A DNA stretch of 64,000 bases from the human T2T-CHM13v2.0 reference genome, Homo sapiens: the NCBI RefSeq assembly GCF_009914755.1, contig NC_060927.1. One strand, written 5' to 3'. Numbering within the stretch: the first letter of the stretch is position 1; the number at the start of each line of letters is the position of its first letter. Made by a program: the position numbers and the translations under genes. The notes beneath the pieces are model-generated. The model did not search any database and was not told the origin of the DNA. It saw nothing but the letters and a program-made list of their open reading frames with translations. Positions 28,870-42,877 of the stretch are shown piece by piece.

Positions 28870-30836
28870 CCCTTATCTCCTTTTCACATGGCTATCTACT
28901 GATTACAAACTAGGCTTTGCAGGCATCTCAGTGCTGGAATGCACACAGACATGAGCATCTGGGTCGCTAGAGAGGAATATGCTCATAGCAAATTAATAAA
29001 TAGGCACTACCATTTACAGCTCAAACTTTCCTACATTTTTTCAGCACTAGGTTTCAGCATATCCACAACAAAAGACCAGGCCCCGATTCATAGATTTACC
29101 CCCAAATCACCATATGAATATCAATGGTGCTGTATCCTGTTCATGTGAGGCAGCCCCCCTCACCTCTTCTCCATGCAGCTTCCTTTCAAACTTCAGCATC
29201 AGCCACCCACAGGCTGCGTAGTAGTGTGTGTGATCCACCCTCTGAGAATGATATAATGGAACCTGGCAGTCATTATGCCTGACAGCCTTCTTTTGAAATT
29301 TCATCTTAAATGTCTTGAATGACAGTGATGACACCATTTTCCTTGCAGTCTCTCTGAGAATTTGAGTCATTAATGTCAGCAAGTTTTCACCAAGTATCCT
29401 GCTGAAATCTTTACTTCTCTCAATCTTAATAGGAATACATTCGGTGACATAAGAAAATGGAACTAGGCCTCCCCCTCCTCTGACCCCTTTCAGGTGCTGG
29501 ATAATGATATAATTCTTCAGAGTGACTAGAGATTCTGTAGAGAAAGGAGCACAATTGCAGACTCTGTTTTCACTTCCAGTGTAGCATTTGTGCCTCTTCT
29601 CACACTAACTTGGCTGCATCAGTTTTTCCTTATAACCATTTGAAAACAAAAGAAAAAAAGCAGCCCCATTACAAAGGGATGCAAATTCTCACCTGGTTTG
29701 TTCGCCAAGTATAAGAGACAGTATAGCATGGCATGGGAAGATCCTGTCCAGGGTCTATTTCCAGCTGTATGGCTAAATTAAGAATTCCTTCTCTGGCATT
29801 AATTTTACATATTTATGAAAAGAGTGGTCTGGGCTGCATAGGTGATTCTCAAATCATTTTTAAGAAGAAAAACCATTGCCTCAACACAACTTGTGTGAAA
29901 TAAGACAAAAATCGAGCTGCTATACTGGGAGGGTGGGTGATCAAGGAGTTGTCACTGGGCTCCCCAGCTCCCTACTCCCTACAGTGTCCTATCCCCAACG
30001 TGAAAGACAGCTTCGAGAAGCACAGTTTGGCTCCTTTAGTTCCCATTTAACTAAAGAAAAAAAAATTTAATAAGCCATAGAACTACAGTTTGGCCATTTG
30101 CTAGATTATGTCTCTTTTTTCTTTGCTGTGCTAACCTGTTAGCTATTACGGAATATTGCATTGCCCAGGGACACTGCATGGCTGATTATTCCAATTATTA
30201 ATTTTTAGATTATTTAATGAGAGGTTCTATGTTTTGTCTGATTTGTCACTGGTAGTACTGATTTTGATTTTCCTCCAAATGGATCATTATACTCCAAGGC
30301 CTCTCTAAGAGAGATTCAACAAGGGTCTATCAAGCTTCCTATTCTAAGACAAGAGGCCTTTGTAAATCTACCCCATTTTTCTCATCTTTAAAGCAAAATC
30401 TGGCAAATTTGATTGACGTGCCTTGACTAATTCAAGTTGCTGGTGATCCTCAAGTAGCATTGTAATTTTCTAATGACTGTAAAGGAAAAAAACACTCCAT
30501 GGAAAGAATTGATTGATTTATTAGAGAGAAAATTACCACATGTGCTAGACCTTGATTGCAGCTAATATTTGTAGAGCTAATTGCTTGAACTAGAGGATTA
30601 AAAGGATTGAGGGAAAGGAAGAAAAAGAAAACAAAGTTCTCTTGGAATACAGATGAACCCGCAGTGGATTTGGACTGAGAGGAGAGAATTCAGTACAGGG
30701 ATTTTTGGGGCTGATGATGGTTGTGGAGACATTTAGAATAAGTGAAAGAATTGTGCTTCTGACACAAAAGCCACAGAGAGGAACCAGGGAGTGGAGTAAA
30801 GTTGCTGCCCATGCTGTCTGTTAAATAAGATCTCGT

Positions 30837-31181
<345 letters not shown>

Positions 31182-31434
31182 TCACATTAAGGCTATGTTG
31201 ATACTTAAGCTTCACCCAGCAGAATGTCTGAGCTCCTACAGAAAGGAGGAAAAAGTTACCTAACCTGAAGAGGTGAAGAAAGAAGGCATAGTTTAAGACA
31301 CATCCTTTAACGATAATAGGCAAACCACATTCCTAGCACAGGGAAACAGATAATAATTGTCCTCATTGATATAACTTAGGATAGATGTGCTAAAATAGTA
31401 CATTTTGGGGTAGTTTGATTTGGTGATTACCAAC

Positions 31435-31559
31435 TTTTGTTTGTTTGTTTGTTTTAAGACAGGGTCTCACTATATTTTCAGGCTAGTCTTGAACTCCTGG
31501 GCTTAAGTGATTCTCCTGCCTCAGCCTCTCAAGTAGCTGGGACTACAGGCACGCACCAC
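31435..31559 (-). mobile_element. FLAM / Alu monomer
   Basis: (TTTG)n then agacagggtctcactat..ctcctgggcttaagtgattctcctgcctcagcc. Confidence 0.8.
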
Positions 31560-33469
31560 AGATATAAACTCTGTGACAGCCACATTTGAACAATGTGACC
31601 CACCCTCTCTAGCCTACTTTGATTAGGATTAGACATCTAAATCAACCAGATTGTGTCTCCTGAAAATGTAAAAGTAATATTAAGAGACGCAAGTCAAATC
31701 ACTGGAAGCCAGTCTGCAAAAATTGAGAAGGAAGCAATTTTTTTTCCCCACCAATAAAGCCTTGAACTGCCCTATAGTGCCCAAATTTATTGTTCAGTTT
31801 TTCTCCAGCTGTCACCATTCTCCTTCCCGGCAGTCAAGTGCAGTTCTCTGTTTTCAAAGTTCTCTTTGTCTTTTACTTGTTTTGTCTTTTTCCTCTTTGT
31901 GTGCATTCTAAAAAAAGCTTCTGGGAGGCACTGATTTTCAGCTCTCCCCACCATCTGGCTCTTGGTCCAGGGCACTAGGTGAAACAAACTGTGATGGCTG
32001 CCTAGTGAAGGGACAGGTGGTAGCTACTCAGACCCTATGTGAGGTACATATATGTATTGGTATCAACCGTCCGCAGTCACAAGGTCTCTGTGGCCAACAC
32101 TGCCCTAGCTTAGTGGGAGCTTTCAATCAAGCTGGCCTTGTCTGGTCCTTCCTTCATCAGGGATGAATATTGCCCTTTTATACTGTCACTAAAGGTGTTC
32201 AGGGCCCCACCCTCTTATCCTGGAGGAACCATAAGAGTACCGGGCTGCTGAACTTCCTGGGATTGACTTCATGGAGAGAAGCAGAAGGAGTAGGGAGGGC
32301 TGAACTGGGTCCTGGAGCACAGACAAGCTGGGATGCTGTTGGTCAAGGCTGCTGTCTGGTGGCGGGCCTCACTAGCTGGCCACGAGAAGGACTGGATAGC
32401 AGCACAACTGGGTAAAATCATCTGGCACTTGACTTCCACTCTAGCTCCAGCTTAGTTTCCCAATACTCTCCCTTCTGACTACTGGGTGCCTTCCTCCTTT
32501 TTATTTTCCTAGACTACAGTGACCTTTAGCAAATTGGCAGGCAGCAATGTGTGTCCTGCTTAGATCTGACTCTTTCTGCCTCCAACCCCCAGGGGAGATA
32601 TAAAGGAATCAGACATGTAGAGAAGGGAGAACACACATGAATTAATATTTCAAATATCTTCTACCATAACTGTTCTAGATGCGCATGCTTTCTCCTCCTT
32701 TAGTTTGATTATCAAGAATAAATACTTTGCCCATCTCTGAGAAGATGAAAATCCTTAATGAAGTGCATATCTGTGTACCTTCGAAAAATAATACTGTTCC
32801 TTTGGTAAAATATAAGCCAGTCACTAGGGCAGTGAAGTATTAAAACTAAATATTTTAAACCCGATGGCCAAGACAGTTTTATTAAGCACCAATAAAGCAA
32901 GACAAAATTTCTAGGTTGAGTCCTTTTCCAGGAAATTCAGGTTGAAAGGAATATAAGATCATTATTAATTTTTACTTGTCTGTGTATATTTGATATGCAC
33001 AGTCCTTATTTGAAAAAATTATGTGAAGGCAGATTGTAGTTAAAGAAACCCCAGAGGGTATTATGAATGCCTTACCTATAAGGTTTCTTTCCAAGATAAG
33101 CAGCCATAGCTAGGTAAGGAGGTGGTGAGCACTGGGAACCCTAAGCTGGAGTGGGAACTGTCTATGCAATTACCATAGTTGGGAGCCAAAACTCTTGGAC
33201 TTGTCATGTACTGAAAATCACCAGCAAGCTAGATCAGACATGGCATTGTGTCTTTAAATGATGTATAATGCCTGGGCACCGAGCCATGGGCACTACTGAG
33301 AATAGATGGAAATTCAACAAACCTGAAGTCCTTATGGAGGAGAACTAAGCTTTACTCTGTGCCTTCACTTCTACTGGAATGAAAGCTAAGCTAGCTGATG
33401 ACATTGTCATATTAATTATACAAGAAATATTTTATCATTATGAAAAAGATTATTTTAAAGATTTTAAAA

Positions 33470-34615
33470 GGAAAACCATATCATATGCAAAATTTATTAG
33501 ATATGTATTATAGATCTAAGAGTAAAGCCTAAAATATAAAACTTCTAGAAGAAAACATAGACTAAGGTCTTTGTTGCTTCTGGTACAGATTTCATAGATA
33601 AAAAGAGTATGAACCATAAAATTAAAAACAAGTTGATAAATTAAAATTTTCTATTCTTTGAAAAACACTAAATAATGAAAAAAACAAGCCACAGACTGGG
33701 CAAAAGTATGCGAAAAATATATACATGATAAAGGACTTGTATACAGATTATATAAAGAAATCTCTAAATTTAGCAATAAGAAAATGAATACCCCAATTTA
33801 AAATGGGCAAAATATTTGAAAGATACTTCTTCAAAGAAGAGACATGGGTAGCAAAGAAGCCCATGAAAGGATGCTCCGTATCATTAGTTAGAACTGCAAT
33901 GGGATATCACAGCCTACTTATTAAAATGACTAAAATTTAGAAAACAAACAAACAACTGACAACACCAAATTCTGGCGAGGATGCAGAGCAACTGGAATCC
34001 TTTAGAATATTGGTGGGAATGCCAGATGGCACAGCCACTTTGGGATACAGTTTAACAGTTTCTTTAAAAGTTAAACACATACTTAAATATGACCTAGTAA
34101 TCCTACTCCAGATATTTATCCAAGAGAAATGAAAGCAAGGTCCACATAAATATTTGTACATAAATGTTTATAGTGGTTTTATTCATAAATACCCCAAAAT
34201 GCAAACAACCCAAATGTTCATCAACTGGTGAATGGATAAACAAACAGTGGTACATCTATACAATGGCACACTATTCAGGAGAAAAAAGGAACAAACTAAC
34301 ACATGCACCAAAATGAATAAATCTTAAATGGTTTTTGCCAAGTGGAATAAGCCAGACTCAGAAGGTCATAAGTGATTTCATTTATATGACGTCTGAAAAA
34401 GGCAAAGCTTAGATCAAGGACAAAAATTAGATCAAAGTTTGGCAAGGGCTGAAAGTTGGGGGAGGGTATTGCCTACCAAGGGGCAGGAGGAAATTTTGTT
34501 CAGCAATGACTGTGGCAGGATTATGTACCTGAAAACATTGGTCAAAAATTCTTGAACTGTACAACTAAAAAAGGAGAATTTTACTATATGTGACTTATAT
34601 CTAAATAAAACAATT
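33470..34615 (+). mobile_element. Ancient L1M (L1MD/ME-like) 3' portion
   Basis: acttctagaagaaaacatag..acaagccacagactggg..aaacaacccaaatgttcatcaactggtgaatggataaacaaa..tatatctaaataaa. Confidence 0.85.
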
Positions 34616-35447
34616 AGAATATCTTTAAATGTCACCACTCAGCATAGAACTCTCTAGTTATTTTCTCATGCAAATGAATAATCTCTTTCAATATGAATTA
34701 ACCTCTTAGAATAGAAAAACAGGATATTCAAGTTAATTTAATATTTTGTTTAACATAGGTGTTATATATACTATTACATACAGGGAGCATTGTTTGCAAA
34801 AGAATTATAATTTAAGAAATGCTTCCTTCAAAAATTGTTCTATTGTAAACATTCAATATGTTTTGGAAGAAGCAGCATCATCAAGATACCTGGGTTCAAT
34901 AGAGGTACTTCCTAGTGCTAACTTACTATGACCACATTCAAGTTAACTTTCCTCCTTGGCTTTCATTTTTTTCACTCTTCAGATGAGTAGGTTGACTTGA
35001 TTTGTGCTTCTGGACCTTTCCTCTGCCTATACAGGTACAGATAAGGAACACTGTCATCAGGAACAGTTCTTATCACAGACGGTGATTTTCAGTGGGTTAA
35101 GGAAAGCAGCCAAGGGAGGAAATAACTCCTAAGGGATTATTTTAATATCTTTCGGGGATGTAGAGATATTTTTAAAGCCTTCACATGTCTGAAATTCTTG
35201 GGGGGAGTTATCCCCTACTTGTTTGAAAAATTATTAGATTAAATAATCTCCACGAGGCAACTTGGTGCATTCCGGGATTCTGCCGAGGTCATAACATGTA
35301 TAAGGCAATGTCTACCTACTACTAATTTCATGCCACACATAAGTTTTTATTTTTGTGATGATTCAGAAGACACTCTAATAATACTCCCTTTGGAAGTTCT
35401 AGTTTTTGCTTTAAGTAGGTAAACTGGTATTCTGATTAATTCTTCAG

Positions 35448-35582
35448 TCGGGCGCGATGGCTCTTGCCTGGTATCCCAGCAACATAAGAGGCTGAGGCAG
35501 GAGGATAATTTGAGGTTTGGGCAACATAGTGTGACCCCGCCTCTAAAATAATAATTATAATAATAATCATCATCATCATAAT
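35448..35582 (+). mobile_element. Degenerate FLAM monomer with (TAA)/(TCA) tail
   Basis: gtcgggcgcgatggctc..gaggctgaggcaggagga..gggcaacatagtgtgacccc. Confidence 0.7.
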
Positions 35583-35799
35583 TCTTCAGTCTCTTGTGAC
35601 CTCAGCAGGAAGAGACCCATTTTCAGAGCCCTAGCAAAAACAAGTCAATGAACCTGTAATGCTGAGGGCTCGACTCTGGAATGTGGTGCCTGTGGTCAAG
35701 CAACACTTCTACACTATCCCCTTCAAGTTTCTTTTCTTTTTGTTACCTCTTTCCCACTTCCTCACTCCTCATCTCTCTCATTTCTCTGTTTGTTTGTCT

Positions 35800-36210
35800 C
35801 TTAGGATCCCAATAGGAACCTTTGGCTCACTCAAATATAATCTGAAAAGGACAGTTTAATAAAGGGACAATTTTCAAAGATGTGGGAGGGGTTTAGGGAA
35901 ACTACAAGGGATGATGGAGTCCCTATCAGAACTGAAGGGGGTTGGGGAGGGCATAGTCCTTGAACTTATAGATAGAGAAGCCTGTGTGGAGAGGGCCTCC
36001 TGACAAGAACTATGCCCTTCTGTTGACTTCTGGAGTGCACTATAACCCCACAGGGAGGAAGATGACAGAATAGACAGCTCGACCGGACTCTTTTCCTTTC
36101 CTTTCCTCTCCTCTGATCTGCTGCTGGTGCTCCCATTGACCAAACCCAACAGGAAACCAAAGGTCAGCCTCTCAAGGCATAAGCAAGGTTAACAAAATAG
36201 ATATGGAGGG
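35800..36210. mobile_element. Old ERVL-type LTR (LTR16/LTR33-like)
   Basis: gtttaataaagggac..gggtttagggaaac..tgctcccattgaccaaacccaac. Confidence 0.5.
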
Positions 36211-37729
36211 GGAAGATGTAAGAAATCCTACTAGCTATTGCTATTTATCCATCTATCTGTCACCTATCTATCTGAAATAGTTAATACATACACATGGTTT
36301 TAGAAATTCAAAAATTGTAAAAGTGTAAACGGTGAAAACAAAGTCTTCTTTTATCTCTGAACTTCAGTCTCCCAGGCACTCCTCTGCCAAGATAATTTCT
36401 TATGAAACTTTCCTGTTATATTCTCTGATCATCTTAGCATAGATGTAAATACATCCTCCTTCTACCACTTGCATTCTAAGCCAACGGCAATATGCCATGC
36501 AAACCCTTCTGCATCTAGGATTTTTCACTTAATAAAATGTCTTTGTGAGGATTCCAATGGATACACACACATGGTTGTTTTGGTTGTTTAGTCTGTCTGA
36601 TTGTTTTGACAGCAACAAATTCAACTTTTAATAACTATTGGGTAGGAGGTCACTGAAGATACATGTACTGTTGCTCATGCATGCATCCACAGCCACTCAC
36701 TGCAACTCCCCAGGAAATATTAATACACACCCTTTCCTTAATTTGAGATCTGGAAGCAATTCTCAGCAGCATCCACATTTGCCACCCTATGCTAGAAATG
36801 ACCAGTCCAAGATGTGCCAGGGTAATGTTTCTGAGTTTAGATTCTCTGTGTGTCGGGGGTGGAACCAAATGCTAAAGTTCGATTTTATACAGTACCCAAC
36901 CTGGGTGATTTAGTCTCAGCCAGGGAACAGTTCCAAATATTTGATTTGGACAGGGCATCCTTACACATATTTTTTTCTTCTTTCTTCCCAATATGGATGC
37001 CTTTTATTTCTTTTTCTTGCCTAATTGCTCTTGCTAGAACTTGCAGTACTATGTTAAATGTAAGTGGTGAAAGCTGGCATCCTGCTTCATTAGAGAAAGA
37101 CTTCCAAATTTTCACCATTGAATATGATGTTTGCTGTGATTTTAAAATATGGCTTTTATTATGTTGAAGTGGTTGCTTTTTCTTCCTAGTTTATTGAGGT
37201 TTTTTTTTTTTTTATGAAAGGATGTTGAATTTTGTCAAATGCTTTTTCTGCATCAATTGAGATGATCATGTAGGTTTTTCTTTCATTATGTTAATAGGGT
37301 GTATTGCATTTGGTGATTTTCATACACTGAATCATCCTTGCATTCCAGGAATAAATCTCATTTGGTCATGATGTATAATCCTTTTAATATGCTGCTGAAT
37401 TCAGTCTTCTACTATTTGTTAAGAAATTTTGCATCAGTATTCATAAGGGATATTGGTCTGTAATTTCTTGCAGTGTCTTTGCCTGGCTTTTGTAACAGGG
37501 TACTTGCTGGCTTCATAGAATGAGTTAGGATGTGTTCCTTCCTCTCCATTTTTTGGAAAAAGTTTGAGAAGAATACTAGTTCTCTAAATGTTTGGTAGAA
37601 TTTAGCAGTGAAACCATCAGGTCCAGGGCTTTTCTTTGTCAGGAGATTTTTGATTACTGATTTAATCTCCTTACTGGTCATAAGTCTATTCAAATTTTCT
37701 CTATTTTTTTATGATTTAGTCTTGGTAGG

Positions 37730-38603
37730 CATGATGGTTAATACTGAGTATCAACTTGATTGGATTGAAGGATGCAAAGTACTATTCCTGAGTGTGTCTG
37801 TGAGGATGTTGCCAAAGGAGATTAACATTTGAGTCAGTGGACTGGGAGAGGCAGACCCACTCTCAATGTGGATGGGCACCATCTAATCAGCTGCCACCAC
37901 AACTGGAATAAAAGCAGGCAGAGGAACATGGAAGAACTAGACTGGCTAAGTCTTCCAGCTTTTATCTTTCTCCCATGCTGGATGCTTCCTGCCCTCAAAC
38001 ATCAGACTCCAAGTTCTTCAGCTTTTAGATTCTTGGACTTACACCAGTAGTTTGCCAGGAGCTGTCAAGCCTTCAGCCACAAACTGAAGGCTGCACTGTC
38101 ACCTTCCCTGGTTTTGAGGTTTTAGGTCTCAGACTGGCTTCCTTGCTCCTCAGCTTGCAGGTGGCCTATTGTGGGACTTCACCTTGTGATTGTGTGAGTC
38201 AATACTCCTTAATAAACTCCCCTTTATGACAGAAAATCAAGCACTGCATGTTCTCAATCATAAGTGGGAGTTGAACAATGAGAACACATGGACACAGGGA
38301 GGGCAACATCACACACTGGGCCTGTTGGGGGGTAGGGGGCTGGGGGAGGGATAGAGTTAGGAGAAATACCTAATGTAAATGACGAACTGGTGGGTGCAGC
38401 AAACCAACATGGCACATGTATACCTATGTAACAAACCTGCAGTTGTGCACATGTACCCTAGAACTTAAATTATGATAAAAAAATAAAATAAAATGTATCA
38501 AATATGTTTAAAAAATAAATAAATAAAAATAAAAAATAAACTCCCCTTTATATATACATCTATTCTATTAGTCCTGTCCCTCTAGATAATCTTGACTAAT
38601 ACA
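37730..38603 (+). mobile_element. MLT2A (HERV-L) solo LTR with 5-bp TSD GTAGG
   Basis: tgatggttaatactgagtatcaacttgattggattgaaggatgc..ttgactaataca; GTAGG at 37725-37729 and 38604-38608. Confidence 0.9.
38228..38534 (+). mobile_element. Short L1PA 3' end inside MLT2A, 17-bp TSD
   Basis: L1PA 3' UTR plus A-rich tail; AATAAACTCCCCTTTAT at 38211-38227 and 38535-38551. Confidence 0.93.
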
Positions 38604-39013
38604 GTAGGTTTTGTGTCTCTAGGAGCTTATCTATTTCTTTCTTCTAGGTTATCTAATTTGTTGGCGCACACTAATTCATAGTACTATATTCATAATCCTT
38701 TTTATTTCTGTAGAATCGGTAGTAATGTCCCCATTTTCATTTCTGATTTATTAATTTAAGTCTCCTCATTTTTTTCTTAGTTCATCTGACTAAAGATTTG
38801 TCAATTTTGTTGATCTCTTCAAAGAACCAACATAGGTTTTACTGATTTTCTCTATTGTTTTCTATTCTTTTTCATTGATCTCTGCTCTAATCTTTATTAT
38901 TACCATCCTTCTGCTGGCTTTGGGTTTAGTTCCTTCCTCTTTTACTAGTTCCTTAACTTGTAAAGTGAGATTGCTGATTGGAGATTGTTCTTTGTTTTTA
39001 ATATAAGCATTTA

Positions 39014-39330
39014 TGGTAGTGCCCTCTCATCTGTGGTTTTACTTTCTTTAATTTCAATTACCCACAATCAACTGTGGTCTAAAAATAGGTGAGTATAGTA
39101 CAATAAGATATTTTGAGAGAGAGACACATTTGCATAACTTTTATTGCAATATATTGCTTAATTGTTCTATTTTATTACTGTTTATCTCTTACTATGCCTA
39201 ATTTACAAATTAAACTATCATAGCTATATATGTATAGGAAAAAACATCATATGTATAGGATACTAGCTGAGGTTTCAGGCATTCACTGGGGACCTTGGGA
39301 TGTACCCTGCATGAATAAGGGGAGACTAAT
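39014..39330. mobile_element. MER44A-like Tigger MITE
   Basis: aaaataggtgagtatagtacaataagatattttgagagagag..ggtttcaggcattcactgggg..ataaggggagacta. Confidence 0.8.
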
Positions 39331-41620
39331 TTTTAGCTATAAATTTTCCTCTTTTCAATGTGTCCCATAAGTTTTGATATGTTGTATTTTATTTTCATTT
39401 GTCTCTAAGTACTTTCTAATTTCCCTTGTGATTTCATCTTTGATCTATTGATTAAGAGTATTGTGTTTAATTTCCACAAATATTTGAAGTTTCCACCTTT
39501 TTTAAATTATTGATTTCTAACTTTATCCCTTGTAGTCAATGAAGATACTTTGCATGACATCTACCTGTTTAATTCTATTGAGACTTGAGACTTAACTTGT
39601 GGCCTATTCTATATTCTATCCTGGAAAATGTCACATGTGCACTTGAGAAGAATATGTATGCTTGTATTTGGGGGTAAAGTGTTCTATATATGTCTGTTTC
39701 ATCTAGTTGGTGTATTGTGTTGTTTAAGTCCTCTACTTCCTTACTTGTTTTCTGCCTGGTTGTTCTATCCATTACTGAGAGTGGGATATTGAAGTATCTG
39801 ACTATTATTGTACAACTGTCTATTTCTCCATTCAGTTGGATTAGTTTTTGCTTCATATATTTTGATAGTTTATTATTAGATATGTATAAAGGTTTATAAT
39901 TGTTATCTTTCCTTGCTGTATTGAACCTTTTATTAAAATGTTATGTCCTTCTTTGACCCCTGTAATGTTTTTGTATTTAAAACCTATTCTGTCTGATATT
40001 ACTATCACTGCTTCTGCTCTCTTTTGGTTACTATTTGCATGAAATATCTTTTTCCATCTGTTCACTTTCAATCCATGTCTTTTTCAATCTATTTGATCTA
40101 AAGTGAGTGTCTTGTAAACAGCATATAGTTTAATTATGTGTTTTTTTATCTAGTCTGCCAATCTTTCTTTTGATTGGAGAGTTTAATCTATTTATATTTA
40201 TATTAATCACTGCTAAGAAAGAACTTAGTTGTGTCATTTGACTATTTGTTTTTAACATACCTTGTAAGATTTTTGTCCCTCATTTCCTGCATTATTGTCT
40301 TCTGTTATGTTTCATCGGTTTTTTTTGTAGTTAAATGTTTAACTTATTTTCTCATTTTCTTTTGTGTATATTCTATAACTATATTCTTTGTAGTTACTAT
40401 AGGAATTACACTTAATACAGTAAAGTTATAATACTCTAATTTGAACTTATACCAGCTTAACTTGAATAATAAAGAAAAAATCTACTTTTTTACAGCCTCA
40501 TCCCTACCTCTTTTAGTTGCTGATGTCACAAAATTACATCTTTTTCTATTGCATATGCCAAAATATATGCTAGTAACATTTTAAATACATTAGTTTCTTA
40601 AATTACATAGAAAATAGAATGTGGAGTTACAAACCAAAGTTACAAAAATCCTAGCTTTTAAACTAATAATTGTTTTTTTCAATGTGTTAGTCTCTTAAAC
40701 CATATAGAAAACAAAAGGTAGTATTACAAACTGTTGTTATGATAATATTGACTTTTATAATTGCATGCGTGTGTACCTTTATTGAGATTCTTATTTATTT
40801 ATAAGATTGTGAGTTACTGTCTAGTGTCCTTTTATTTTACCGTGCCTTACTCCCTTGAACATGTCTTACAGGGCAGGGCTAGTGATGACAAACTCCCTCA
40901 TCTTTTGTTTTATCTGGGAATATCTTAATTTCTCCTTCACTTTGAAGGACAGTTTTGCCAGATATAGGAATCTTGGTTGACAGTTTTTTTTCTTTTCTTT
41001 TCGAACTTTGGATATATCAGCCTTTTAGCCTCCAAAGCTTCTGATGAGAAATCTGCTGATAATCTTATTGAAGATTTCTTGCATATGATGAATTATTTCT
41101 CTCTTTCTGCTTTCATGAGTCCCTCTTTGTCTTTTGAAAGTTTGATTATATATAATCTGTCTCTGTGTGAGTCTCTTTGAGTTTATTTTACTTGGAGTTA
41201 TTTGAACTCCTTGGCATTTATGTTTATATTCTTCATCATATTTGTAAAGTTTCCACCATTATTTCTTTAACTGTTTCCTCTACCCTCTTCTCCTTTTCTC
41301 ACAGTATGTATATTGGTGGTGTTCAACAGGCCCCTTAGGCTCTGCTCACTTTTTGTTAATCTTTTTTCTTTCTGTTTCTCAGACATGATCATTTCCATTG
41401 TTCTATGTTCAGGTTCATAGACTCTTTCTTTAACCTGCTCAAATCTGCCTTTGAATCCTTCTAGTGAATTTTTTATTTCACTTATTGTACATTTCAGCTC
41501 CAGAATTTCTTACTGGTTTCTTTGTAGGTTTTCTGTTTCTTTATGGCTATTTCCACTTTGTTCAAATATTGTCTTCTTGACTTTCTCCATATCTCCCTTT
41601 AATTATTTGGGCATCTTTAA

Positions 41621-42074
<454 letters not shown>

Positions 42075-42530
42075 TAATTTTTTTTATCAAAAACCAGACA
42101 TTTAAATCTAATAATGCAGTAACTCTGGAAATCATATTCTTTCCCTTTCCCAGGTTATACTATTTTCATTTTTTTTTTATTTTTTTAAAAATTGTTTTAG
42201 GTAGGTTGTTTCTGCGCCAAGGATAAGCCTGAGGTGTAAAATTAAGGTCTTCTCAGGTCTTTTCTGAGCCTGTCTTTCTCTGGGCATGAACATTTGTTCT
42301 AATTGCTAATGTATATGCAGTTGCTTTTGAATGTCCTAGTCTTCAATGTCTGCCTCCCAAAAGGGAAAAAAGAGAAAACTAAGGATGTGGAGAGTGGTGC
42401 CAGCCATTTACTCCTTTGGAAGTCACTTCAGCTGGACAGGGAGGGGCTTGCCACAGTGGGAGAGATGCAGCAACAATGGCCAACTATGTGTTTGTCTGCG
42501 CCTCTGTGATCAGAAGCTGCAATCAGTGAT

Positions 42531-42877
<347 letters not shown>

